Positions 52,648 through 63,985 of a stretch of 63,985 nucleotides of DNA are shown here, one piece after another; the first letter of the stretch is position 1; the number at the start of each line of letters is the position of its first letter. Made by a program: the position numbers and the translations under genes. Under the pieces are notes generated by a model that was not told where the DNA came from, made no database searches, and saw only the letters and a program-made list of their open reading frames with translations. The stretch is from Aplysia californica (taxonomy: Eukaryota). Location: positions 2,674,087-2,738,071 of the forward strand of contig NW_004797286.1 in the NCBI RefSeq assembly GCF_000002075.1, in the 5' to 3' direction.

Positions 52648-55266
52648 GATATTTTAAAGTAGAGAAGAGGCAGTAAAATCAAGTTAGTACTTTTCACCTG
52701 CAGTGGTTTCACTATGCGAGAGTTGTTTCTCATTGGAACTTGAGTGTTATGTTTTAAGATATAGGAATTTGTTTGCATCTTTGATTGCATGTCTTTCTGT
52801 CATTGTGAGTCATACCCTCTTCAGCATTTATATATGCGGATGTGTTGAATGTTGACCTGATATTATTTGCATTATATCTTATTGCTATTTGTTCACATGA
52901 AAAGAAAGTATTTTCATTCACGCAAGTCAAGTGTAATTGTCTATATTTTCTCCATGTATTGTTGTACATGTTATGAGAGTCTGAAAAGTTCTTTTTTACT
53001 ATTTTTATTTTTGCAACCGTCTGTTGTCTTAGCCCTTCCTTTCTTTCTGTTATTATCATTTTGTGCTATTAGTTTTGTTCTCTAATGCAAAAAAACAGTC
53101 AATTGTTTTTGTCAACTTTTTTCAGAGTTTTGTTGATGTTTATTGCCCCACTAGACTCAGTGTGTATTATTTTTCAGCTGTTGCACTTGATCTCTCATGC
53201 AAACACCGCTCCAGGAGAAAAAGAATTTCAAGAAGGACAAGAAACATGATATTAGTACCTAGGATTTGATCCTTTCCAACCCTACCAAGTTGGGCATCTC
53301 TAATTAGATTTTGGTTGCTTGGTCTAGAAAGTGATTTTTCTGTGTTAGTTTGTTACATAACATAATTTTATTACTTTTGTTATGAAAAGATAACACTTTT
53401 TAGAAAAAGGAAGAAAACTATTTATTATGTGTCATGATGCCCATTTTTTCAACAATCTGAAGAACACGTGCCTCCATTATTTAGAGTGAGCAGTTTGAAG
53501 GTACTACTGGTAAGTTCTACTTCTTTTTTTTTGACATATGTGGTCTCTACCTGTCTGTTTTGCTTTTTCTCATCCAAAAATCACCACTATGGTGGCATTG
53601 TGCTTCTCTCAACTCAAACTAAAGCGGGTTAAAATCAACCGCTGCATTTGATGTAGGTTGCACCTTTGTTCTCTCTGCCACATCTGTTTTATAGAGTTAT
53701 CTACCAGTGCCATCATTCTTCCTTAGAAGAGATAATATTTTTGGTTGATATTTTCTTTTCCTTTTTAGTTTCAATCTCAAGTTTATAAAAACAATATGAA
53801 TGGCTTGTAGAGCAGAGAAATAAAAAAAAATAAATGGAAACTACTGTTTTGTATTGGGACAGTAATCTTGAGATATGGGTACGTAATATTATAGCTGTTA
53901 TTTTCAAAGTGTAAAAGGATAGCATTAACTGTAGAACGCAAAGATAGCTGACAAGACTGAACTTGTATCTCTCATCAATTAATTACCTACGGGAGAGAAC
54001 AAAATTACGATTAGGAGTGATTGGTTTGGGGGGGGGGGGGGGGGGGCTATCGTAAATTTAGTTTATTTAGATTAGCACTTGTTCAGAGACACTTTATAAA
54101 TAACCCTTTTTATGTGGCAGATTAACTGTGTCACTATCTTCCCATCACCGAGTCTACATTCTTTTACAAGCTTACTCTTCATTGCTGATTGTAGCTGAAT
54201 GGGATTAAACTTTTTTTCCTTTTCTGGCTTTGCAAGAAGATTCCTCTAGTAACTTTTCGTGTATTTTGCTATTCATGTTTTGTTTTATGGATAATGTTCT
54301 TTCCTGTGCCTATGCTGACATGCTGCTGGCTGTACATACATAGACACACTTGCTCTGATTCACTTTTGCATGCTCGTTCAATTCTTTTGTCCTGCCTTTC
54401 ACTACTTTCAGCTTGTATTTCCTGCTGTGTATAGTTTCTAATGAATTGACTGTTTCTGTGTGTGGATGGTATCTTTTTTAGTGGGCTGTGTGCGCTGTAT
54501 GTTGACAATGCTGTTTTGTTGATACCAAAGCATATTAAAATCTCAGTGGAATGTTCTCACCACCGTACTTCATGTAAAAAATCCTACTTTGTGGAACGAA
54601 GTTGAACTTTGTAGCTTTGCAGTTTTTTGTTATTGTTGATGTTACTTTTTTTAAAGATGATTTTTTGGCTCTTTTTTTCCCCATTTATTTTAGGGGGATT
54701 GGGGGGGGGGGGGGGGTAGAGAACAGGGTTACAGGCACTAAAATAAAAATTGTGGATTACCTTTTTTGACATAACCTTTTCATAATTTTGAAATTTTTTT
54801 TTTCAAACCCTCAGTTGTACTATGAATTTGTTTACTTGTATGATGGTTACTATGGCCAGTCGTCTGTCTTGTCCATTTGATTACAAGTTTGACAATATGA
54901 GTCGGCACAATTTTGACTTTGAATGGGGTTTTCTGCGTTTCGTAAATTGCCTTTTCACTGTTACATTGGAAGAGTTAATTCTGTGCTTTTAAAACATCTT
55001 GGGGATTATGCATTGTGAGAAAGAAAGGATTATTTATTTGTTTTGTATGTAAATGCTGTCTGTATGCAAGTCTCAGTGTTGAATGAAACAGAAAAAAGCC
55101 TTTTATTCCCTTACCTCCATGAGGAATGGTCTGCAAGTAAAAAAACTACTCTGATTTTTTTAATAGTTAAAATCCTAAGCATCGAAGATGTTTGTGAAAC
55201 ATATTATGCACCTCTCCAATGTCCTTCCTTTTTCCCAAATGTGGATGTCTGTATGTTTCTCAACTA

Positions 55267-55796
55267 TAGTGGAAACCATATATAACAGGCCGGTAATAAC
55301 AGGGATCCGGAAAAAAAATAATTTTTAAATCCCCGTTTTTCCTACACTTTGTCTCTATTAAAAGTTATCGGCAATAACAGGGCCTCATCGGAGCCCAATC
55401 GGTTATAGCAGGGACAAAGGCTCGTTAATAATGTGTAAAAAGTAAGAGAGAGAAAGAGAGAGAGAAACGCAGTGATGGAGCAAGCCCACGCAAGCCACGC
55501 CACTGCAACTACAAGCAACTGGTGAAGCGAGAGAGGGCTGCCGTATGCTGCAGACTTTGATCTAACCCTAAACCTAGCTACACGCATGTGTAATGTGTCA
55601 TGCCTAGGCCTGCCACATGGCCAAAACCCCTGTCCGTGGGTACTTGTGGCAAGAGAAACTACCCATGAATAAATAGGCCTACAGCTGGATTAGTCTACAA
55701 ATGCTTACTTTCCTTGCTTTTCTGATTTAACACGAATCTGACATAACAGGAATTTTTCTCTTATCCCACCATCCCAGTCATATCGGGTTTCCACTG
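55267..55796. mobile_element. pogo/Tigger-like MITE
   Basis: TA-(T)AGTGGAAACC ... GGTTTCCACTG-TA, with repeated subterminal ATAACAGG motifs. Confidence 0.7.
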
Positions 55797-57038
55797 TAAT
55801 GTAGAATGATTGAGTCTATGCCTGTTAAAAGGATTGTATGCATTTTGTATTTCATCCATTTTCCCCGTGAGGCTGATGCAAGCATACATATAATACATGT
55901 TCATTTATATTTATATCCATAATTTTTATGAGAACTAGAGGGTTTCCCTGTCTAAAATATTGAAGCAGGGCAAGTATTTTACTCTAACCTTTAGTATCCT
56001 TTCGTCGTATACATTTGTTTAAAAAAGTCTTAGCGGAAGTCTGTGAAGTCTTTTGCTATGGTTTTGGATGGTATTTTAATTTAGTACAGCAAGTCTTTCT
56101 TATTGACTTTTGAAAGATATATGTGTAGTAAATTATAATTCAGCAAAGCATGATTCTCTTATGCAATGACGGTGAAGACATAGTGTGCATTTATTATATC
56201 AGTCTTTCGTATTGAGCCCGGGAGTATTTGTGTATGTTTAGTGTGCCTGTCTTTGATAGAATGATAAATGATTTGTGTTTTGAAGCAAGTAATCTTCATG
56301 CATCTGTTGCCAATTGAAAATTGCATTTCTTTGCACTGTGTTGTGTGTGCTTGTAAGTTGTACCAATGTTTCATATTTGTTCATGAAAATGCCTAACGTC
56401 AATACTATCACTTGGACTGGGTTACATATAATAGTATCATTAGTTATACATGTATTATAATAATACAAATACTATGCTGTTGCGGATTGCGCGTCCGAAA
56501 CACTCAATAAAAAAAAATCGATGTAAATTTGCAATGTCGTTTTTTGTTTGTTTTTTTTCTTTTTGCGTCGACTCCGGCTTTCATGTCGTACTGTTTGTTG
56601 AAAAATACCTTTTCATTGTTTATTCCCCTTACTTCTTTTCAGTGTTTGCGTATCGTTGTTCACGTTCAGTTTAATATCCTTATCATCATTTCAACTTGAA
56701 ATACACTTCTGCTCTATTTGGCTTTGGCATACTAAACGAAACGTTCTGATTTGGAGGAATATGTGTTGTCCAGATGCAGTTTACAGCGAAAAACGTAAGT
56801 GTTGGTCGCATCTCGCCAGAGGCGGGGAGGGTGGGATTTGGAGCAGTAAAAGTTGCTGTAACTGGGTTAATCTCTCTTTTGAAGCTGCCGAGAGCGATTA
56901 GTTTCTATTTCTCTTGTATTCATCTTGTCCGCTAATAGAATGTTAGTGTCAAACTCCACCTTTTCTGCACAATTTAGATCATTTTGAAAACCGAACTGCT
57001 GCGCCTTTGAATGCTAGGCCACCAGAGCCTAGTACAAA

Positions 57039-57587
57039 CGAGGGGCATACCAAAAGTTTTTTACCTGACCATGAAGGAATATAAGTAGAAGGCTGAAATT
57101 TGGGGGTGAAAGCCAACAATCATCTTCCTAGAATGCATGTAAATTTGGGGGAATTTCCAATGACTGGTTTTACCACCAGCGCACTGTGAGTGAATGGGGC
57201 TATGTTGTTCTCCAGTTTCAACAAACAAACAAAAAAAATTGAGCACAGGGCAGTAATGACGTGTTTGTTCTTGCAGGCAAGCAAAAGCAGGATAATTTTA
57301 CGAATATGCATGCCGCATATGGAACTGATTGCCCATCCTATACTACGATGAATAATTTTGGTGTAAAACATTCAAATGCAGATTCGTGGGCAGTAGAGGG
57401 CTGGTTTCCTGACAGAGAGAGGGTCCTCTATTCTCAAGGTCTTTTCAAGGTCATATACACTGATGGCAAAAATGTTTAACTGTGGGAGGCGACTACATAG
57501 AAAAAGACTAAGCCTAAAGCCAAGTTTCAGCTCCCTACCTTTATTCCTTCCTTGTCAGGAAAAAAAACAACTTTCTTATGCCCCTCG
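57039..57587 (+). mobile_element. Internally deleted mariner (Mos1/Hsmar-like)
   Basis: TIRs CGAGGGGCATA / TATGCCCCTCG-TA; N-terminal HTH remnant EHRAVMTCLFLQ/MHAAYGTDCPSYTTM joined to C-terminal AVEGWF...YSQGL/GDYIEKD*. Confidence 0.85.
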
Positions 57588-58577
57588 TACATATTACAAC
57601 AGCCTAGCAGACAAAGGTAAATAGTCGATAAAATAGCTTTTCCATATCAGAGCCGAATTCAACCTCTGCGCGCATACAGAAAAGAACCTAACTCAGTACA
57701 ACATAGATGGCGATTCATCACGACGGTCATCAAAATGTTACCGTGAGCTCTATTTCAAGACTGGTCCGTTTATTGAAGTAAAACGACCGGTTGACGGCTT
57801 GAAGGCAGTGCATTGGAGTAACAAGTTTGGGTATATTACCCAACATTGGACTAGCGAGCATTTCTTACATTGGAATAGTGAGTTTAAAATTTTTAAATTT
57901 CTTTTTGTTATGCTTTTTTCTATATTTCTTTTCATTTTCTTTTTGCGTGTAGATGTAGTTGAAACCTCCTACGGACAGGTACATGTATTATTTTCATCCA
58001 AATACCGAACTTCTGCACTACGCATGTAGAACTTCATAAAACATCGTTTGCGCGTGTAGGAACGTCTGTCTTGAAGATAAATATGTCTCTTATTTTGCTG
58101 TTGTCACCACAAGACGCGCCAAAAACCCGATTGTAAAAAAATAACTATTTTCTGAACAAGGCTTCTCAATACAGTTGAGTATAGACGTTTTAAACAATAT
58201 ACATGTAGTGGAAATTCTGTCAATAATACATGTAATGAGCGACGACACTTTGAGGGTGGTTTTAATTCACCCTGGTGGTCGTGTGTTGTTGTTTCGATTT
58301 TATTGTTTCATTCTGAGTGTCTTTTCTCCACTGTCAAGAGCCTTGTAGGAACGCAGTTGGGATACGAGGTGGTATCGATTGCATTACAAAGAGAATAATC
58401 TTGTCTATGCCCAGGAACTGCTCGCTTTTCCAATGTTAGCCAACATTGTTTGGTAAACAATAGATGTAGAATTTTTCGCTATTCCTATGCGCTCCTAGCT
58501 TGAAGAGGACCCAACAAAACAGTTAGCTCACAATTGACTGATAAGTTTAAAAAGTATAATTTGGTTCCAGACATAAC

Positions 58578-58675
58578 GTTTTCAGTTGGCAGGTATCGAT
58601 TTTGGATCGCCATGAGATTTTTTAACGTGCGCAACTTGCACACGGGACCTCCGAGATTTTTCGCTCTTATCTGAG
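58578..58675 (-). mobile_element. SINE family B fragment (Nin domain), inverted
   Basis: Reverse complement reads CGAAAAATCTCGGAGGTCCCGTGTGCAAGTTGCGCACGTTAAAA. Confidence 0.8.
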
Positions 58676-58688
58676 CCACAATTTACTA

Positions 58689-59263
58689 GGCGGAACCCGT
58701 GGTCGAGAGGTTACGGTGTTCGCCTGTCATTCAATAGGTCCTGGGTTCGAAACATGACAGTGAAGGAACATTTTTTCTCATGACATTTTCCCCTTTCACC
58801 TCCTCTCCTGCTCTCTAACCATGCTCTGTCGTCTGCTTTCGTTTCCACTTTCAACCCCCCCCCCCTTTTGCCACCTTCTCTGGGCTCCTGACTCTTTCTG
58901 CAGCCTTTCCCCCCCCCTTTTGCCACCTTCTCTGGGCTCCTGACTCTTTCTGCAGCCTTTCTACTGCCACTCCTTGGCTCCTTATTACGCTGTCTTTCAG
59001 CTACACCCTGATCTTAGGGTAGGTAACATGTTACACCTAGCCTTCTCGGATATGGGCGAAAAATCGCGGAGGTCTCCTGTGTGCAAGTTGCGTACATTAA
59101 AGATCCCTTGGGGGTCCAAAACCGATAAGAGTAGGCTTCGGCCGCCACCTGGGCAAAATTCAAAATTCATTCGAACCAAAGTAAAAATGTTTAATGTGTC
59201 CCGCGCGCTCTTATAACCTTATGCAGTTGCGAGTGCCGTGAAACACTAACCAAAACAAAACAA
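58689..59263 (+). mobile_element. SINE family B, divergent copy with an internal ~53-bp tandem duplication
   Basis: Same head/body/Nin/tail layout; C-run...CTGCAGCCTTTC repeated at ~58855-58961. Confidence 0.9.
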
Positions 59264-59609
59264 GAGATCTTGAATTGTAAATGATGTGGTCCTGAAACGT
59301 AAGCAACTCCACCGAGTAAATAGGCCGCATATAATAGCAATTAACGCTGATGCTTTACTAGAAATGTTCAAATATTTATTACGAGAGCCACAGGGATATA
59401 GATCAAACTTCTCTCGCACGCTGATGGTTAAGTAATCCTTTTCGGTTTTTCTAGTTTAGTTATAGTAGAAGGTTTTACGGCGCTCACAACTGCATAAGGT
59501 CATATGAGCNNNNNNNNNNNNNNNNNNNNNNNNNNNNNNNNNNNNNNNNNNNNNNNNNNNNNNNNNNNNNNNNNNNNNNNNNNNNNNNNNNNNNNNNNNN
59601 NNNNNNNNN

Positions 59610-59910
59610 ACTGCCACTCCTTGGCTCTTTATTACGCTGTCTTTCAGCTACACCCTGATCTTAGGGTAGGTAACATTTTACACCCAGCCTTCTCGGATAT
59701 GGGCGAAAAATCGCGGAGGTCTCCCGTGTGCAAGTTGCGTACATTAAAGATCCCTTGGGGGTCCAAAACCGATAAGAGTAGGCTTCGGCCGCCACCTGGG
59801 CAAAATTCAAAATTCATTCGAACCAAAGTAAAAATGTTTAATGTGTCCCGCGCGCTCTTATAACCTTATGCAGTTGCGAGTGCCGTGAAACACTAACCAA
59901 AACAAAACAA
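59610..59910 (+). mobile_element. SINE family B 3' half, duplicate of 58963-59263
   Basis: Near-identical to the copy before the 100-N gap; probably an allelic assembly duplicate. Confidence 0.8.
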
Positions 59911-60090
59911 GAGATCTTGAATTGTAAATGATGTGGTCCTGAAACGTAAGCAACTCCACCGAGTAAATAGGTCGCGTATAATAGCAATTAACGCTGATGC
60001 TTTACTAGAAATGTTCAAATATTTATTACGAGAGCCACAGGGATATAGATCAAACTTCTCTCGCACGCTGATGCTTAAGTAATCCTTGTC

Positions 60091-60330
60091 GGTTTTTCTA
60101 GTTTAGTTATAGTAGAAGGTTTTACGGCGCTCACAACTGCATAAGGTCATATGAGCGCCAAGGGGTGGGTGTCAACAGAGAAGTCTTTACAGGGAACCAG
60201 ACTTAGACTGCTCACCTCTCTAGCTTCAACAGCACAAGGTCTGCTTCGACTATCAAGGCACCCCAAAATAGCAGATCACAAGAGAGTGACAAACATACTA
60301 AAGAAGTAGAGGAAAATGACAATAGTAAGG
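60091..60330 (-). mobile_element. Retroposon 3' end with the shared tail on a different body
   Basis: Minus strand GGCGCTCATATGACCTTATGCAGTTGTGAGCGCCGTAAAACC; 5' boundary uncertain. Confidence 0.6.
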
Positions 60331-60951
60331 ATCAGGAAAGAAGAAGCAGCAGTTCCCTGTAAAGATCAGGCAAAGTTATGAGCGTGACACGAGTCAGCCC
60401 ATTTACAATTCTACTATGCTTGAACGAGAATTGCCCCCCCCCCCCTTTGGGAAGGGGCTAAAGACACTAGAGTCAGTGGCTCTGCCCCGGGGGGTTCGGT
60501 TTTTCTGATTTCACGAAAAGAAACGTAATGAACAAAGAAAAGCAACAAAGCCGAACCCAAGAAACATGATTTAATGATATGAAAACAACAATAACCCAAC
60601 AAACAAAATCAAAACAAAACAACGCATACGCAAACATGCAAGAGAATAAAATGGCATCTATTGCTGCCAATGACTCAGTGTGAGGAAAATGACGGACGGT
60701 TAAATGGCAGCAGAAACACCAATGAAGATGGCTGATCCAAAGTAGCTTTGGATGTTCTACATTGCTCTACTCTTTATGAATCCAAAGACCCCGGGTGCCA
60801 TTGCTGTGTTGTTGGAATGATTGGTTTTTTTTTTAACGATCTCATGTCTTTGCTGTTATTGTTATTGCTGTTGTTGTTGATTTATGAATGCAAAGACGCC
60901 GGTGCATTCGCCGTGCTACTGGAATTGTGGTTATTTATAATCTCATTCCTT

Positions 60952-60955
60952 TGTT

Positions 60956-61039
<84 letters not shown>
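60952..61039. repeat. (GTC)n(GTT)n compound microsatellite
   Basis: Direct. Confidence 0.95.
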
Positions 61040-61043
<4 letters not shown>

Positions 61044-61666
61044 ATGATGATCTCTATTCGATCGTGACCAGAAGAGTACGGTATTTGCTTAAGCAGATCA
61101 CGCTCACAAAGTAGGAAAATGGAAATGTGGACGACAGACGTATACGCCAACGTGGTTATAGAGTATTGTTTTCGCGCATTCATGACAGTTTCCGAAAGAT
61201 TACAGGTTCAGGTAATCCGATGCTTTGTCTGTATAACGCCCCTAAAAAAAAATCACCTCCTTAAAAATATTTTTTCTCCTAATTTTGTGGTCAACGCTAA
61301 GAACAGACATGGCAAAAATTTTTTTTTTCAAAATTATCTCTATATGAACATTTTTCAGATGCGAGGCATTGGCACTATTTCCTATTTGATTCCGTCGGTC
61401 ACTCAGCCGCCTCGGCACTTCACATTTTTCTACAAACATTCAGCTGTCCACAGATAAGCGAGTCTCGTTTGCTAGCTGCACAAGCAGGTGTGAAGAGCTT
61501 ATAATTACAATAACACTGTAACTTGTGCTAATACAGGAACACGACCGACCAACATTCCAACAAATTATAGCACAGGTATGACTTGCACTTGACAGGTATG
61601 GAACATGGTTTTATAATGAATAATATGATACTTTCTCACAAAATGATTCACAGATTAAAATGTAAC

Positions 61667-62109
61667 CATATGTGAGGCAGCGTGGTGGAATCAGGCTCTC
61701 GTCAAAATAATGAAATCGAAGAAAACAGCAGTTTTCTCCCTGCTTAGCAATTTTTATCAAATTTTTGTTCTTTGGCTCAACACCTTTTATGTCCATTTAC
61801 AAACGTATTCCTTTGAGGATTTCACCGAAAACGTTGATTAAAGGCACAAAAATATAAATTTACAGTTTCCATGGACCCTCCAGCTTTGGAATTTACAAAG
61901 CTTTGGCGGCCATTTTCTCGCTAATTTTACCTCTTAAATCAGGAGCCCCCCACCTCCTTCAATCCAAAATATCTCCACTTCTATAGAAGATGGATGGGCA
62001 ATTTTTTCATTGAAAGCAAGACAAATGAACAAGCTTTAAGATGATACCAGTAACTCAATATGCCCAAAAATTGACGAGAGCCTGATTCCACCACGCTGCC
62101 TCACATATG
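61667..62109. mobile_element. MITE family M1 (~440 bp)
   Basis: Perfect 39-bp inverted repeat CATATGTGAGGCAGCGTGGTGGAATCAGGCTCTCGTCAA; interior inverted relative to the other three copies. Confidence 0.92.
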
Positions 62110-63985
62110 TCTTAGTAATCTTGGACGGAGAAGTACGTACGGTATACGGTACGTGTGTCTTGAAAACATAACAACCACTCTGGACTTGAAGTAACATTGA
62201 AAGAATAAAATATAAACTTCGTATGTAAAACATGGACGGAAAAGGAAAAACATTATGTGAAAGATTGCGCTTTATAACTATAAGGAATCTCACCCCACCC
62301 CATCCCTCCCTTTTCCCACTCTCTTCGCCCTTCTTTTTTTTTAACATGATGGAGATATAGCAAACAAATAAAAATAAAAGTTTAAATTAAAAAAGAGTAA
62401 TTACTAAATAAACAAAATAATTTCACGTAATTGTCATAAAACAATCTCAGCTTTCTCTAAAAGTAGATGGAGAGTAGCACAATAATAATGTACTGAATGG
62501 AGCTCGAAATCTCCATTTCTCGGAGTATATTATAGAGGTTCGAGCTCACGCACACACTCACATACACTAACTCACACAAACACACACGCCCATAACACAC
62601 CTGCACACGTTTCAATAAAACCCGTAGATACTGTAACCAGGCCACGCTTAAAGATAATAATAATATGGAAAATTTAAAATGCAGGAAATAATCTGAAGAG
62701 CGTCTGCAAAGCAAAGTATGTCGATCCCCACCCATTCACTTAAACAAACAGACCGAAAGAAAAAACAACAAAACAAAACAAAAAAGAAAGACAAAAAATA
62801 ACATCATCCCGAGAGAAAAACAAACAATAAAAAAGTCTTTTAGATAAACTTAACTTTTCCAACAAACACAGTAAGTAGGAACATTTAACAGGTACAAAAC
62901 AAAGATGATCTTACTGTTGCATTAACCAACCCCCCCCCCAATCCCTGAAAAACTATCCTCGCTGTGTCCTCTTTCTCCCAACCTGTCTCTGTTGAGCGGA
63001 AGCAATCTCTTCTGCCCGCGTTTTGGTTGAAAAGAAGCAAAAACAAAATCAACACACAACGAAACATAAAAAAAAACAAAAAAAAAAACGAAAAAAAAGA
63101 GACACAAATGTGAGGGTACTCAAGAATAAAGAGGGTTATATATTATACGGTACTCATAATTCCCTCCCATTCCTTCACTCACATTAATTCATACATCCTC
63201 ACCATGCCCTTTTGCCAGCTGCCGGTTTGCATAGCAAAATATATATTAACAATTATAAAAAGATCCCGATATTGCGGCTTTGTAGGCTATGCGTAAACAA
63301 CGAAACGTACTCTGCAGGCCATGTAGATTGTGGAATGAAGGTGAACAAAAACAACAACAACAATCGAAAAACAAAGCAAAAACATAAAAAAAACTACAAC
63401 CCAAAAATACCCCCCCCCCGAAAAAACAGCCTAAAAACCCCAAAAAAACAAGAAGCAAAAACCAAAAAAACCAAACAAACAACAACAAAATAAAAACAAG
63501 CAAATCCATTTTGTTAAATGGCCGTTGTAAATATGAAAACGTCTTCAAGTCAGTTTGCCAGGCAACTGACAGGTCATATCACATCACAAACAGATAATAC
63601 TTCACTCTTATGCAAAAGTGTCCCAAGGATGATACAAGTATCGGTTAACATCATTATTAGACTAACAAAATAGCAAAAAAGATTTTTAACCATTTTGTCA
63701 GCCCAAGAACACACATGCTTAAATCTGTGTCTGTCATATAATATCATTTACTGTTAAAGTCTTATCACCTCCCTTCCCAACAAAGGCTAAATACCTCACA
63801 AAACAAAGCAAAACAAAAAAAAAAAGCATAAAGAAAAGAGAAAATTCATTGTCTAAAACGCGTAAACAAAAATATAAAAAGGAAAGCCCTAACAAAACGA
63901 AACGTAAACAAGAAAAGTAGATAGTAAATGGAAAAACAACTATCGTCGCCCCCCCCCCCCCTAAAATACTCACCGACAACAAGAA

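Noticed and set aside
58963-60157. ~550-bp tandem duplication
   Set aside because: The copies abut an exactly 100-N gap and differ by only about 8 substitutions; most likely two haplotypes assembled in tandem.
1-63985. CRISPR array, operon or horizontally acquired prokaryotic system
   Set aside because: No regularly spaced repeat-spacer array and no long intronless ORFs; the sequence is typical metazoan.

Overview
AT-rich, gapped eukaryotic scaffold. The SINE and LINE types and the GPCR tail point to a mollusc, probably a gastropod (inference). Two protein-coding loci lie on the + strand. (1) The terminal exon of a class A GPCR at 21127-21710 (helix 8 plus a long Gly/Ser-rich tail), resembling GnRH/AKH-receptor family members; I found no upstream exons in the window. 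(2) A complete six-exon B4GALT7 gene (xylosylprotein beta-1,4-galactosyltransferase 7; 41263-47612, 329 aa), followed by a CpG-poor, T-rich domain running to about 56.5 kb. The rest is transposon debris: at least three tRNA-derived SINE families, a decayed I/Nimb-type LINE whose 3' tail is shared with one SINE family, an RTE 3' end, three decayed Tc1/mariner elements, Kolobok-like elements, several MITEs, microsatellites and poly-G/C runs. I see no unambiguous new multi-gene system. The most unusual signal is an excess of TA-NNNN-TA palindromes (TAGATCTA, TAGGCCTA, TACATGTA), with TAGATC units stacked into arrays on both sides of B4GALT7 coding exon 1. These may be accumulated transposon-excision scars or a lineage-specific promoter element. 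All counts and alignments were done by eye.
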